NCBI GenBank assembly: GCA_046757525.1
Contig: JBHHYI010000021.1
Coordinates: forward strand, 1 to 36,944
Reading direction: 5' to 3'
Source: a bacterium
Lineage (GTDB): Bacteria; Zhuqueibacterota; Zhuqueibacteria; Oceanimicrobiales; Oceanimicrobiaceae
Length of the DNA: 36,944 nt
Shown here: positions 17,676-26,885 of the stretch, piece after piece
Position numbering within the stretch: the first letter of the stretch is position 1
Layout of the letters: each line of letters starts with the position of its first letter
Translations under genes and position numbers: made by a program
The notes under the pieces: generated by a model
Databases searched by the model: none
What the model was told of the DNA's origin: nothing
What the model saw: only the letters and a program-made list of their open reading frames with translations

Positions 17676-20093
17676 ATGGAAAATAGCAAAGTTTTAAATA
17701 GAGAGAACGAAGATTCGGAGCGTCCAGAGAAAGAGCAAAACTCCTCACACGAGGAACCCCGGGAGCTGAATTTTCAAATCCCCCAGGTTCTACCCGTACT
17801 GCCGCTCAGGAATACGGTCGTATTCCCGCAGCAAATCATTCCGCTTTCTGTCGGCCGTGAAAAATCGATCAAGTTGATCGAAGATTCCTCGGATAACAAA
17901 AAACTGATCGTACTGGTAGCACAAAAAGATGGAAAAATTGATCATCCGGAGCCGAAGGATCTCTACTCCTGGGGTACGATCGCTTTCATCATGAAGGTGT
18001 TTAAGATGCCGGACGGCACGCAAAGCGCCATGGTGCAGGGGTTGAATCGGGTGGAAATCATCAAGTTCACCCAGTCCGAGCCTTATTTGAAGGCCTTGGT
18101 GCAGCCGCAGCTGGAGAGCGAAGCCAAGGGTGTCGACATCGAGGCTTTAATCGGCAATCTGCGTAGTCTGTTTCAAAAGGTGGTTGGCCTGGCACCTTAT
18201 TTGACCCCCGAACATTCCATGCTGGTCGCTAACACCGAAGATCCAGACAATTTAGCGGACATCATCACCTGGAATCTGAATATTTCCACTGCCGACAAAC
18301 AAAGCGTTCTGGAGCTGGTGGATTTAAAAGCCCGATTAGAACGTGTGACCTATTTGTTAACCAAGGAGCTGCAAATCCTGGAATTGGGCAGCAAGATTCA
18401 GTCCGAGGTTCAGGGAGAAATCAACAAGACTCAGCGAGAGTATTACCTCAGGGAACAACTGAAGGCTATTCGTCGAGAACTGGGGGAGGACCAAGACGAA
18501 CGGACCGCAGAATTCAATGAACTGCGCAATAAAATCAAGGAAGCCAAGTTGCCAGTGGAAGCGAAGAAGGTCGCGGACAAGGAGTTGGACCGGTTAGCAA
18601 AAATGCCTCCGCAGGCCGCTGAGTACACGGTTTCGCGCACCTACCTGGATTGGCTCATTGAGGTGCCCTGGAGCAAGAGCACCCAGGACAATCTGGAGGT
18701 CGATTCGGCGCAAAAAGTGCTCGACGAGGATCATTATGACCTGGAGAAGGTCAAGAAGCGCATCCTGGAATATTTGGCCGTTCGAAAGCTAAAAAATGAC
18801 ATGAAAGGTCCGATCATCTGTTTCGTTGGTCCTCCGGGCGTGGGAAAAACCTCTCTCGGGAAATCTATTGCACGAGCCTTGGGTAGAAAATTCATTAGAA
18901 TCTCTTTGGGGGGCGTCCGGGACGAAGCTGAAATAAGGGGCCACCGAAGAACCTATATTGGTGCATTGCCGGGCCGGATCATTCAAGGGTTAAAAAAGGT
19001 GGGTTCGAACAATCCCGTGTTCATGCTGGATGAAATCGACAAACTTGGAACGGATTTTCGCGGGGACCCTTCCTCGGCTTTGCTGGAAGTCCTGGATCCA
19101 GAGCAAAACTACTCATTCTCAGACCATTATCTCGAAGTTCCCTTCGACCTTTCTAAGGTAATGTTCATTGCTACGGCTAATCTCGCCGATCCCATACCGC
19201 CTGCGCTCAGGGACCGTATGGAACTGATCGAATTGCCCGGATACACCGAAAACGAGAAGATAAAAATTGCAGAGAGCTTTTTGATTCCCAAGCAGTTGAA
19301 CGACCACGGTTTGACCAACGAACAGCTTGAATTTGAACCAGAAGCCATATCTGTAATCATTCGTTCCTACACCCGTGAAGCAGGGGTGCGCAACTTGGAG
19401 AGGGAAATCGCTTCTGTGTGTCGCGGCGTCGCCCGGGAAGTGGTGGAGGGAAAGACCGAATCTAAGACTATCACTGAAGATGATTTATCCCTGTATTTAG
19501 GGCCCACCAAGTTCTTCTCTGAGATAGCTGAGCGCACCTCCAGACCCGGCGTGGCCACCGGCATGGCCTGGACCCCTGCGGGAGGTGACATCCTGTTCAT
19601 AGAGGCAACCAAAATGCGCGGCAAGGGGGAGCTGATTCTCACCGGTTCTCTTGGCGATGTGATGAAGGAATCTGCACGGGCAGCCCTGAGCTACATTCGT
19701 TCTCTGGCCGGAGAGTTGAATATTAAAGCCGATGAATTTGAGAAAAACGACCTCCATATTCATGTGCCGGCTGGCTCCATTCCTAAAGATGGTCCCTCGG
19801 CCGGGGTTACGATTTTGACCGCACTGGTTTCTTTGCTGACGAACCGCCTGGTTTGCAACGAATTGGCCATGACCGGTGAAATCACGCTTAGGGGGCTGGT
19901 TTTGCCAGTGGGTGGAATCAAAGAAAAGGTCCTGGCAGCCCACCGGGCCGGAATCAAAAAGATCCTATTGCCGGAAAAAAACCGCAAGGACTTGGATGAA
20001 ATCCCGGAAGAGATTCGCAATCAGCTTGAATTTCACTTTGTCAACGAAATGCAGGAACTGATCAGTCTGGCGTTGACAAATGAGTGCGAATAA
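17676..20093 (+). CDS. lon: ATP-dependent Lon protease
   Basis: LPLRNTVVFP N-domain, GPPGVGKTS Walker A, RGHRRTYIGALPG, PKDGPSAG (catalytic Ser) and GGIKEK motifs. Confidence 0.97.
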   Translation: MENSKVLNRENEDSERPEKEQNSSHEEPRELNFQIPQVLPVLPLRNTVVFPQQIIPLSVGREKSIKLIEDSSDNKKLIVLVAQKDGKIDHPEPKDLYSWGTIAFIMKVFKMPDGTQSAMVQGLNRVEIIKFTQSEPYLKALVQPQLESEAKGVDIEALIGNLRSLFQKVVGLAPYLTPEHSMLVANTEDPDNLADIITWNLNISTADKQSVLELVDLKARLERVTYLLTKELQILELGSKIQSEVQGEINKTQREYYLREQLKAIRRELGEDQDERTAEFNELRNKIKEAKLPVEAKKVADKELDRLAKMPPQAAEYTVSRTYLDWLIEVPWSKSTQDNLEVDSAQKVLDEDHYDLEKVKKRILEYLAVRKLKNDMKGPIICFVGPPGVGKTSLGKSIARALGRKFIRISLGGVRDEAEIRGHRRTYIGALPGRIIQGLKKVGSNNPVFMLDEIDKLGTDFRGDPSSALLEVLDPEQNYSFSDHYLEVPFDLSKVMFIATANLADPIPPALRDRMELIELPGYTENEKIKIAESFLIPKQLNDHGLTNEQLEFEPEAISVIIRSYTREAGVRNLEREIASVCRGVAREVVEGKTESKTITEDDLSLYLGPTKFFSEIAERTSRPGVATGMAWTPAGGDILFIEATKMRGKGELILTGSLGDVMKESARAALSYIRSLAGELNIKADEFEKNDLHIHVPAGSIPKDGPSAGVTILTALVSLLTNRLVCNELAMTGEITLRGLVLPVGGIKEKVLAAHRAGIKKILLPEKNRKDLDEIPEEIRNQLEFHFVNEMQELISLALTNECE

Positions 20094-20306
20094 TCGAAGA
20101 ATGTCTCAACACGTTCTCAGTGCATCAAATATATACAATTATTGCTAACATTTGAGCGGTTTTCGAATCATGGGCAGTTTGGTAAGTATTCTATAAATAA
20201 GACCTTAAGGCATTAAAAACGAGCTATAAAATCGTATGGCATGGTGTTTGTTAAAGGTATTTTCAATTGAATTTCACTGATTGAAAGTACCTTAACCGCT
20301 CACGCC

Positions 20307-20828
20307 ATGAAAGAATTATTATATTTTTCCTTTTCCGATTTGATGGTTCGAGTAGAGTACTGCCAAGACGCCAATTCCCTCCGTTACTCTTCACATAGAA
20401 AGATTACCTTTGGGGAAAGGGTTATCGTTGAACAATACCTCTTAACAAACGTAGCGATCAAAACGGATTACTACAAAAGGTATCCATCTTTACTGATTTA
20501 TTTAGGTATCAATAGCAAGCTTGCCAAGGATCTGAACTTGTTCCATCTGAAAAACACATTGAAATTCTTGAATGACAAAGATAAGAATGTTCAGAATTCG
20601 GTCAAACATCTTATTGATCAGTCCATGACCAACTATTATTTCGAACAAATTGGCAACACCATCTTAGAAATTCGCAAACTGGTCAGCATGTCTTATTCAG
20701 ATGTGGAATTGAGGTATTTTGAGAACAAATTGGAGGAATTAATCGAAGCGTATAATATCTATGCCGAACGAAAAGTTTCATTTGAAGAAGTTTTGCCAAA
20801 AGAACTAAAACCTTTGTTTTTGGTTTGA
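20307..20828 (+). CDS. Hypothetical protein (173 aa)
   Basis: Intact ORF in an AT-rich stretch with no competing long ORF; no family recognised. Confidence 0.75.
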   Translation: MKELLYFSFSDLMVRVEYCQDANSLRYSSHRKITFGERVIVEQYLLTNVAIKTDYYKRYPSLLIYLGINSKLAKDLNLFHLKNTLKFLNDKDKNVQNSVKHLIDQSMTNYYFEQIGNTILEIRKLVSMSYSDVELRYFENKLEELIEAYNIYAERKVSFEEVLPKELKPLFLV

Positions 20829-20874
20829 ACCTCAAAATCATAATTAACCAATCTAACTAATAAGGGGATTTGCG

Positions 20875-22128
20875 ATGAATAGGTACATAACAGCATTTGG
20901 GCTTGCCTCAATCCTATTTTTCAGCGCAGCCATATCCCGTGCAGAAGACGTTAGGGGGAAATGGGGATTTGGTTTGAATGCAGGAGGGCAAAAGTTGTAT
21001 GGAGATAAGAAGTCAGGGATCGGCGCTGGTCTGGAGGGAAGCGTGATGTATCGGGTCTTGCCCATGGCAGACGTTGTACTCTCCGCGGGTTACAGCCAAC
21101 TGAAGTACCATGATCCTGGCTTTAAAAGGTTCACCAATCTGATAAATGTTGATTTGAAAGGCAATTTTGAGGTAATTTCCAAAGGCATGATAAGGCCGTT
21201 TGTTACGGCTGGTTTAGGAATCATCAATTTCAAGCATCAAAACTCCACATTTGGGCGTTTTTCCGATGCGGCGTTTTTTGGGGGCGGTGGAATCAAGCTT
21301 CGGCTTAACCGCTCATTCGACAGTTTTGTTGGGGCTGATTACCGGTTTACCACCGCTGACGAACTTGATGACCGCACTTTAGGCGGCAAACAAGGCAATG
21401 CTAACGATGGCTATTTGAATGTTCGTGCGGGAGTTTCTTACTTTTTGCCGGGCAAGCAGCGGGAAGTGCCCCAGGTGGTTGCTATGGAAAACGTGCCATT
21501 CGACCAGCTTGACAGCGCCGAACTTGCTTCAGAAGGACAGGGCTCTGTTGCTTCCAATCCGGATACAGAAACCAAGGACATGGAGCAGTACATCAAGCTC
21601 AAGTCGCGCATCGACGACCTTTCCGACAAAATCGATTCAAAAGAAGGTACCATTTCGCAACTAAGGCGCCACGTTGAAAACAAGAAGCAACAAGTTGCTT
21701 CGCTCTCCAAGACTGTTTCGCGCAATCCTTCTGTTAATCTTAGGCCTTCTACAAACAAATCTGGCTTTGCCGACATTTATGAAGAAGCGTTGGCGTACTA
21801 TTACAACAGGAATTACAATCAAGCCACATCGCTGTTCAGTTTACTGTTGCAACAATATCCTACACATGCCCTGGCAGCGAATTGTCAATATTGGATTGCG
21901 GAGTGCGATTATCAATTGGGGCGCTATCAGGATGCTATTGATGCATCGTTCAAGGTGCTGGGTTACCGGCGCTCTCCCAAAAAAGATGACACCCTGTTTC
22001 TTTTGGGTAAGACCTATTTGAAAACTGGCTCCGGCTCCAGGGCTAAGGAGTCGTTCGATCGCCTGCTCAGAGAATATCCACAAAGTGAGTTTGTGTTTGA
22101 GGCCAGAGACTATTTGAGCAAGCTCTAA
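20875..22128 (+). CDS. Outer-membrane beta-barrel + coiled coil + TPR (CpoB/YbgF-like) protein
   Basis: Signal peptide (..AISRA/ED); alternating beta strands ending VRAGVSYF; heptad region; TPR motifs YP.H.LAANCQYWIAE and SPKKDDTLFLLG..YPQSEF. Confidence 0.75.
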   Translation: MNRYITAFGLASILFFSAAISRAEDVRGKWGFGLNAGGQKLYGDKKSGIGAGLEGSVMYRVLPMADVVLSAGYSQLKYHDPGFKRFTNLINVDLKGNFEVISKGMIRPFVTAGLGIINFKHQNSTFGRFSDAAFFGGGGIKLRLNRSFDSFVGADYRFTTADELDDRTLGGKQGNANDGYLNVRAGVSYFLPGKQREVPQVVAMENVPFDQLDSAELASEGQGSVASNPDTETKDMEQYIKLKSRIDDLSDKIDSKEGTISQLRRHVENKKQQVASLSKTVSRNPSVNLRPSTNKSGFADIYEEALAYYYNRNYNQATSLFSLLLQQYPTHALAANCQYWIAECDYQLGRYQDAIDASFKVLGYRRSPKKDDTLFLLGKTYLKTGSGSRAKESFDRLLREYPQSEFVFEARDYLSKL

Positions 22129-22202
22129 CCCATTGCAAGGGCTTTAGAAATATCGAGCGCGTTAACCATTGCACAATCGTTTTTGATCTTGAGTCTATTT
22201 GC

Positions 22203-22242
22203 GAAAACCATCGGGGGCGCAATCCTCGGTGGTTTTCTTTTT
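22203..22242 (+). terminator. Intrinsic terminator
   Basis: GAAAACCATCGGGGG-CGCAA-TCCTCGGTGGTTTTC stem (with G-U pairs) followed by TTTTT. Confidence 0.7.
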
Positions 22243-22273
22243 AGAGCCTTCAGGGAGCGATTACAATATTAGC

Positions 22274-22301
22274 TTGACATTTTTGTTTATTTTTCTAAAA
22301 T
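22274..22301 (+). promoter_or_regulatory. Putative sigma70 promoter
   Basis: TTGACA, 16-nt spacer, TAAAAT upstream of the REC-PAS-GAF gene. Confidence 0.6.
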
Positions 22302-22359
22302 TTAATGGCGCCTATGGACGGACATTTTACGCAGCTTGCATATATCCTGAGGACTGCAA

Positions 22360-24360
22360 ATGAAGCTTACGATATTAATAGCCGACAAGAGTCAATCCTA
22401 CCTGGAAATATCTAAAAAGATGCTCAAATTTCACTACGAGAATTGTGAAGTTGAATTTGCCATCTCCGGCAAAGAGTGCACAGACAAAGTTTGCCGAAGC
22501 AACTACGACCTGATCCTAATTGATCAAGACCTTGGAGATGCCAATGGACTTGAAGTCATAGAGACCTTGAAGGCCAAAGGTGTGAAGAGTCCCCTCATTC
22601 TACTTGTTGAGGAAGGAGACGAAGAAATCGCTCTCCAGAGCATTGAAAAGGGTGCGTCTGATTACATCATCAAAGTGCGAGGTTATTTGACCGCGCTTCC
22701 GTTCACCGTCAGAAACATATTGGAGAGGAAAAAGCTTACCAAAGCGAAATTGAAAAAATCGACCAGGGTGGGGGTTACAGAGCAAGCCGACCTCAAGAAA
22801 GGGTTCTTCATTCTTGATCGAAGATTGCGGTTCTTATCGGCCAATAATAGAATCGAAGAGCTGACGGGATACTCTGAGGATGAGCTGATGGAGCTATCCA
22901 TCGTCGATCTCTTCTCCAAAGAAAAGGAGATTCATTTTTATGAGTGGATGGACGCAGTCAATGAGAACAACAAAGAGGCTGCTCCCTTTCAGATTGAAAT
23001 CTTCAACAAAACGGGCGACAAGATTCCTCTGGAGTTAGAACTCGCCACTGTGAAAGATGCAAATCAGGAAGTGGTGAGTTATCGGGGTAAGGCCGAGGTT
23101 GTCGAGGGTACGCACCTCAGCCAGCAAAAAGCAGGAGAAAAGATCGACCAGTTGAATCTCATCGTTGAAGTTTCCCATGCCATTAACGACTGCATCCATG
23201 AGTCGCTAAACGTATTGCTCGAGCGAATGGCCGAAATCGCTTGTTTGAAATTCCGCTTTAAGAGATCCACCGTGGCGCTACTCGACAGAAGAAAAAAGGC
23301 TTTCATTAAACAAGCCATGGTGGGCTACGCCTCGTTGCCCGTGGTAGACAACAGAATCATTGAAGTGCCGTACGAGGTTATTGACAGAATATTTGCCGAT
23401 CGCTTTCGCGTGAAAGTGCTGTATTATAATCAAGATCACCGCGACACAGCCAGCTATTTGAATTCGAGTTTGCCTGAACGAAGAACCCAAAAACGCCGGC
23501 CTCCAAACCAATGGCACAAGCGCGATTTGATCCTGGTGAATTTGATGAATCGACAAAATCAAACCTTTGGGTACATTTCTATGGACGATCCCAATGTCGA
23601 TCAAATGCCAACGCGAGACACGTTTCACAATTTGGAGATTTTTGGTCAACTGGTCTCTTTTGCGATTGAGAACTTTTACCGATTCTCGGCGTTGGAAAAA
23701 CGTTCAAGACGCCTAAAGCAACTGCTGGTGACCAGCAACATATTCAAGTTGTATTTGAGCTTAAACGAACTGCTCAAAGAGGTGGTTTGGTCTGTCAGAT
23801 TCTCTTTGGATTTCAATTTGGTTGCATTAGGATTGATCAGCAAGAGAAGTGGAAATCTGGAAATAAAGGCTGTGGCTTGCGAAGACAAGATAAAAATGTT
23901 GCAGATTGGCGAAATCACCTTTCCGCTGAATCCTTTTTCTCAGATTCTCAAAGAGGAATATTCAAAGGGAAAATCATACTTTGTGACCAAAAAGGAAGAC
24001 ATCTTTCGCTCATTCAAACAAATCTATTACGGGGCGGAACTCACTTATGAAACGAACGGGGCGTGGCCGGCCTGGGCGGTAATTCTGGTTCCGCTCAAAT
24101 CCAGACAAGGCAAGATCATTGGGTTTTTAATCGTCGACGATCCCTCCGATTGTGATTTGCCCAATGACGAAGTCATTCGCACGTTGGAAATCCTGGCAAA
24201 TCAAGTGGCGGTGGCCATTGATAATCGCATTCTGTATGTGCAAACCAAAATGCGTCTTCAGGAAGCTAAGAGTGATGGAGCAACCAGAACCAACAACAAT
24301 GCCACTCCCGACTATTCAACCCCAGGAATAAAAAACATCGTCGACCGGATATTTAAGTAG
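22360..24360 (+). CDS. Signal transduction protein: REC-PAS-GAF-GAF
   Basis: Receiver (YDLILID...G.E, GASDYIIK); PAS (AN..IEELTGYSEDEL..NKTG); two GAF-like repeats ending FAIEN and VAIDN; no kinase or GGDEF motif. Confidence 0.78.
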   Translation: MKLTILIADKSQSYLEISKKMLKFHYENCEVEFAISGKECTDKVCRSNYDLILIDQDLGDANGLEVIETLKAKGVKSPLILLVEEGDEEIALQSIEKGASDYIIKVRGYLTALPFTVRNILERKKLTKAKLKKSTRVGVTEQADLKKGFFILDRRLRFLSANNRIEELTGYSEDELMELSIVDLFSKEKEIHFYEWMDAVNENNKEAAPFQIEIFNKTGDKIPLELELATVKDANQEVVSYRGKAEVVEGTHLSQQKAGEKIDQLNLIVEVSHAINDCIHESLNVLLERMAEIACLKFRFKRSTVALLDRRKKAFIKQAMVGYASLPVVDNRIIEVPYEVIDRIFADRFRVKVLYYNQDHRDTASYLNSSLPERRTQKRRPPNQWHKRDLILVNLMNRQNQTFGYISMDDPNVDQMPTRDTFHNLEIFGQLVSFAIENFYRFSALEKRSRRLKQLLVTSNIFKLYLSLNELLKEVVWSVRFSLDFNLVALGLISKRSGNLEIKAVACEDKIKMLQIGEITFPLNPFSQILKEEYSKGKSYFVTKKEDIFRSFKQIYYGAELTYETNGAWPAWAVILVPLKSRQGKIIGFLIVDDPSDCDLPNDEVIRTLEILANQVAVAIDNRILYVQTKMRLQEAKSDGATRTNNNATPDYSTPGIKNIVDRIFK

Positions 24361-24576
24361 TGCCCGACTGCATTCTCCGACGAAACTGACGTACCGGTGG
24401 AACGCAGTGGAGGCACTATCTTGTTTGACAAGTACTTGTAGTTAAGATGCTTAGCTGGCTTTCTCCATGAGGTCGTGCGCTAAGTCCGAAGATGAGTCCT
24501 TGGTTGATCACTCGGCATCTCGCTTTGATCCCAAAGGGTCAAGCTTTTACAATTTAGTCTTTCCAAACAATTTCGC

Positions 24577-24605
24577 TTGACTCTCTCCTGCCAAATTGTT
24601 AATTT
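24577..24605 (+). promoter_or_regulatory. Putative sigma70 promoter (extended -10)
   Basis: TTGACT, 17-nt spacer, TG-T-TAATTT. Confidence 0.45.
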
Positions 24606-24659
24606 TTTAAGCTTAATAAGTAACCAAAGTCATAGTTCTCGTATAATAATAAAGTCCTA

Positions 24660-25979
24660 TTGCGCAGTAGAATAGTAAGATTCTTGTCAATTTCTGGAGT
24701 CTTAATCAGCACCGTTTTGTTCCATGCTTGTGCGGACCGCGACCGCGTTAATCCTGTCGACCCTCAGAATCCCGACACACAGGGCAAACCCACTGGAGTT
24801 CGGGTGTATTCCATTGCAGACACGGTACATTTGCAATGGGATTTGATCGATTTGGAGGATATAACCGGATACAGTATTTATCGCAAGACTGAAAAGGACA
24901 GCGACTTTACGCTTTTTGCCACAGTGGAGAGAAACCGTAGCATGTTTATTGACACGCAAATAACTTTCGGAATTGCCTACTCCTATGAAATCTCTGCCGT
25001 GGGAAACACTTTTGAAAGCCGTCGTTCTGATTTGCTTACCATTACGCCCGGTCCCACTTTTAGCTGGGTGGCTGACCTTTCTCAAAGACAAATCGTAAAG
25101 TTGACCAACGATTCCCAACATGAGATCTTGCGGGCGGGTGGTTTTCAGAAACCCATCGACGTTGAGCCGAATCCCGTCGCAGGCGTGGTCTGGGTTGTGG
25201 ATTCGTTCACCCGCGAGCTGCTTCGAGTTTCCCAGAACGGCTCAATCATTGCCCCACGTATTCAATTGACTCGGCCAAGAGACGCAACAGTGGACTTTAA
25301 CGATGGCTCGGTTTGGGTTGGGGATCCGGGCGAAGACGCCGTGGTCAAGTTGGATTCTTCGGGTAAAGTTCTTTTTGAAACCAAACAAGACCCAGTGAGC
25401 GACGTCGTATTCAAAAGCCCCATTGCTGTGGCGGTGGATCAGACAAACGGGGATTGCTGGGTCGCTGACAGCCGTGCGGATATGGTGGCCAGAATAAGAT
25501 CGGATGGTTCCGAGGTGTTAGTCGCTCCGGTCAACTTCCAGGCTGTACAATCCGTGGCAGTCGATTCGGGCCACAGACATGTCTGGGTGGCGGATAGTAG
25601 CAGAGTGGTTAGACTCAATCCGTCAGGCGAGATGGATCTTGAAATAGACGGGCCGTTTGATTATGCTTTCAAAGTGGCTGCTAACGATTCTACCGGAGAC
25701 CTCTGGGTACTCAATCTGGTTTTTGTCGTTGATGCATCGACTGTTAGCAAATACTCAAAGGATGGCCGCAAGGAGTTTGAACTGGACGGTTTCACGATCC
25801 CGGAGGACTTGTCGGTCAATCTGTATGACAATAGTTGTATCGTCGCTGACACGCAAAATGACAGAATCGTTCGGGTAAGCTCAAATGGACTGATAGCAGG
25901 TGTGTTCGACGCTGTTGGCAACCCTGAAGCAGTTGGTGTGCAAAATCAACGGCCATTAGATATCTATAAGGAGGACTAA
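24660..25979 (+). CDS. Lipoprotein with an FN3-like domain and NHL-like beta-propeller repeats
   Basis: Lipobox-like LFHAC; NPVDP; FN3 features (LQW..GYSIYR..YSYEISAV); repeated P.dvavd...g.vWVAD units. Confidence 0.78.
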   Translation: MRSRIVRFLSISGVLISTVLFHACADRDRVNPVDPQNPDTQGKPTGVRVYSIADTVHLQWDLIDLEDITGYSIYRKTEKDSDFTLFATVERNRSMFIDTQITFGIAYSYEISAVGNTFESRRSDLLTITPGPTFSWVADLSQRQIVKLTNDSQHEILRAGGFQKPIDVEPNPVAGVVWVVDSFTRELLRVSQNGSIIAPRIQLTRPRDATVDFNDGSVWVGDPGEDAVVKLDSSGKVLFETKQDPVSDVVFKSPIAVAVDQTNGDCWVADSRADMVARIRSDGSEVLVAPVNFQAVQSVAVDSGHRHVWVADSSRVVRLNPSGEMDLEIDGPFDYAFKVAANDSTGDLWVLNLVFVVDASTVSKYSKDGRKEFELDGFTIPEDLSVNLYDNSCIVADTQNDRIVRVSSNGLIAGVFDAVGNPEAVGVQNQRPLDIYKED

Positions 25980-26330
25980 ATGGAAGGGTTTGAAGTCTCA
26001 AAGTCTGATAACGGCGGAGTGGCAGTACTTTATATCAAAGGGTACTTAGATGCTCATACTGCGCCGGATTTGGAAAACGGCATCCAGAATCTGATCGATG
26101 AAAAGAAATATAAGATCGTCGTTAATTTCAAAGATTTGAATTACATCAGCAGTGCTGGCTTGGGCGTTTTTATGGGTTTTATCGAAGATGTTAGAACGAA
26201 TGGCGGTGACATCAAACTCACGAACATGAAACCCAAGATTTTTCGAGTCTTCGATCTGCTGGGTTTCCCAACATTGTACGATATCCTGGATGAGGAATCC
26301 CAGGCGATTGAAAAATTCAATAATGCATAA
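25980..26330 (+). CDS. STAS-domain anti-sigma factor antagonist (RsbV/SpoIIAA family)
   Basis: GYLDAHTAP and YISSAGLG (phosphorylatable Ser); AAGGAGGA SD. Confidence 0.9.
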   Translation: MEGFEVSKSDNGGVAVLYIKGYLDAHTAPDLENGIQNLIDEKKYKIVVNFKDLNYISSAGLGVFMGFIEDVRTNGGDIKLTNMKPKIFRVFDLLGFPTLYDILDEESQAIEKFNNA

Positions 26331-26392
26331 GGTTTTGTTGAGTTTGTCTTTTCCATTCTTACACAATTCGATTAGGCGGACACTGAAAAAAG

Positions 26393-26848
26393 GTGGTGAC
26401 AAGATTGCCAAAAACTAATAAAAAATACCTATTAAAATTGCCAAGCCAAACGGATAATCTGGAAATAATTCGGGATGTCGTTTCCAAAATTGCTGTGAAA
26501 GTAGGGTTTGAGAAAGATGATGTCAACAAGATTGAATTGGCCGTGGACGAAGCTTGCGCTAACGTGATAAAACACGCTTACGCAAATGATTCGAACAATT
26601 TGATTGAGATTGCCATTCAAATCGATTTGAAAAAAATGATGGTGACGGTCACAGACCATGGTAAGGGCTTTGAGCCAGAAAAAGTGAAACTCCCGAATAT
26701 GGAAGAGTATTTGAAGAAGTTTTCTAAAGGTGGGTTGGGCCTGTTCTTGATTGAAACCCTCATGGATAAAGTAGATTTTAAGATCAAGCCTGGCACAAAA
26801 AACCAGGTTAAAATGGTCAAATATTTGTCCAAAAACGAAAACGATTAG
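26393..26848 (+). CDS. Anti-sigma factor Ser/Thr kinase (RsbW/SpoIIAB family)
   Basis: ELAVDEACANVIKHAY, DHGKGF and GGLGLFLI..LMD motifs. Alternative start TTG 26405. Confidence 0.9.
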   Translation: MVTRLPKTNKKYLLKLPSQTDNLEIIRDVVSKIAVKVGFEKDDVNKIELAVDEACANVIKHAYANDSNNLIEIAIQIDLKKMMVTVTDHGKGFEPEKVKLPNMEEYLKKFSKGGLGLFLIETLMDKVDFKIKPGTKNQVKMVKYLSKNEND

Positions 26849-26885
26849 CAAGTACCCTGTACATCCAAACCCATTACAGATTCCA

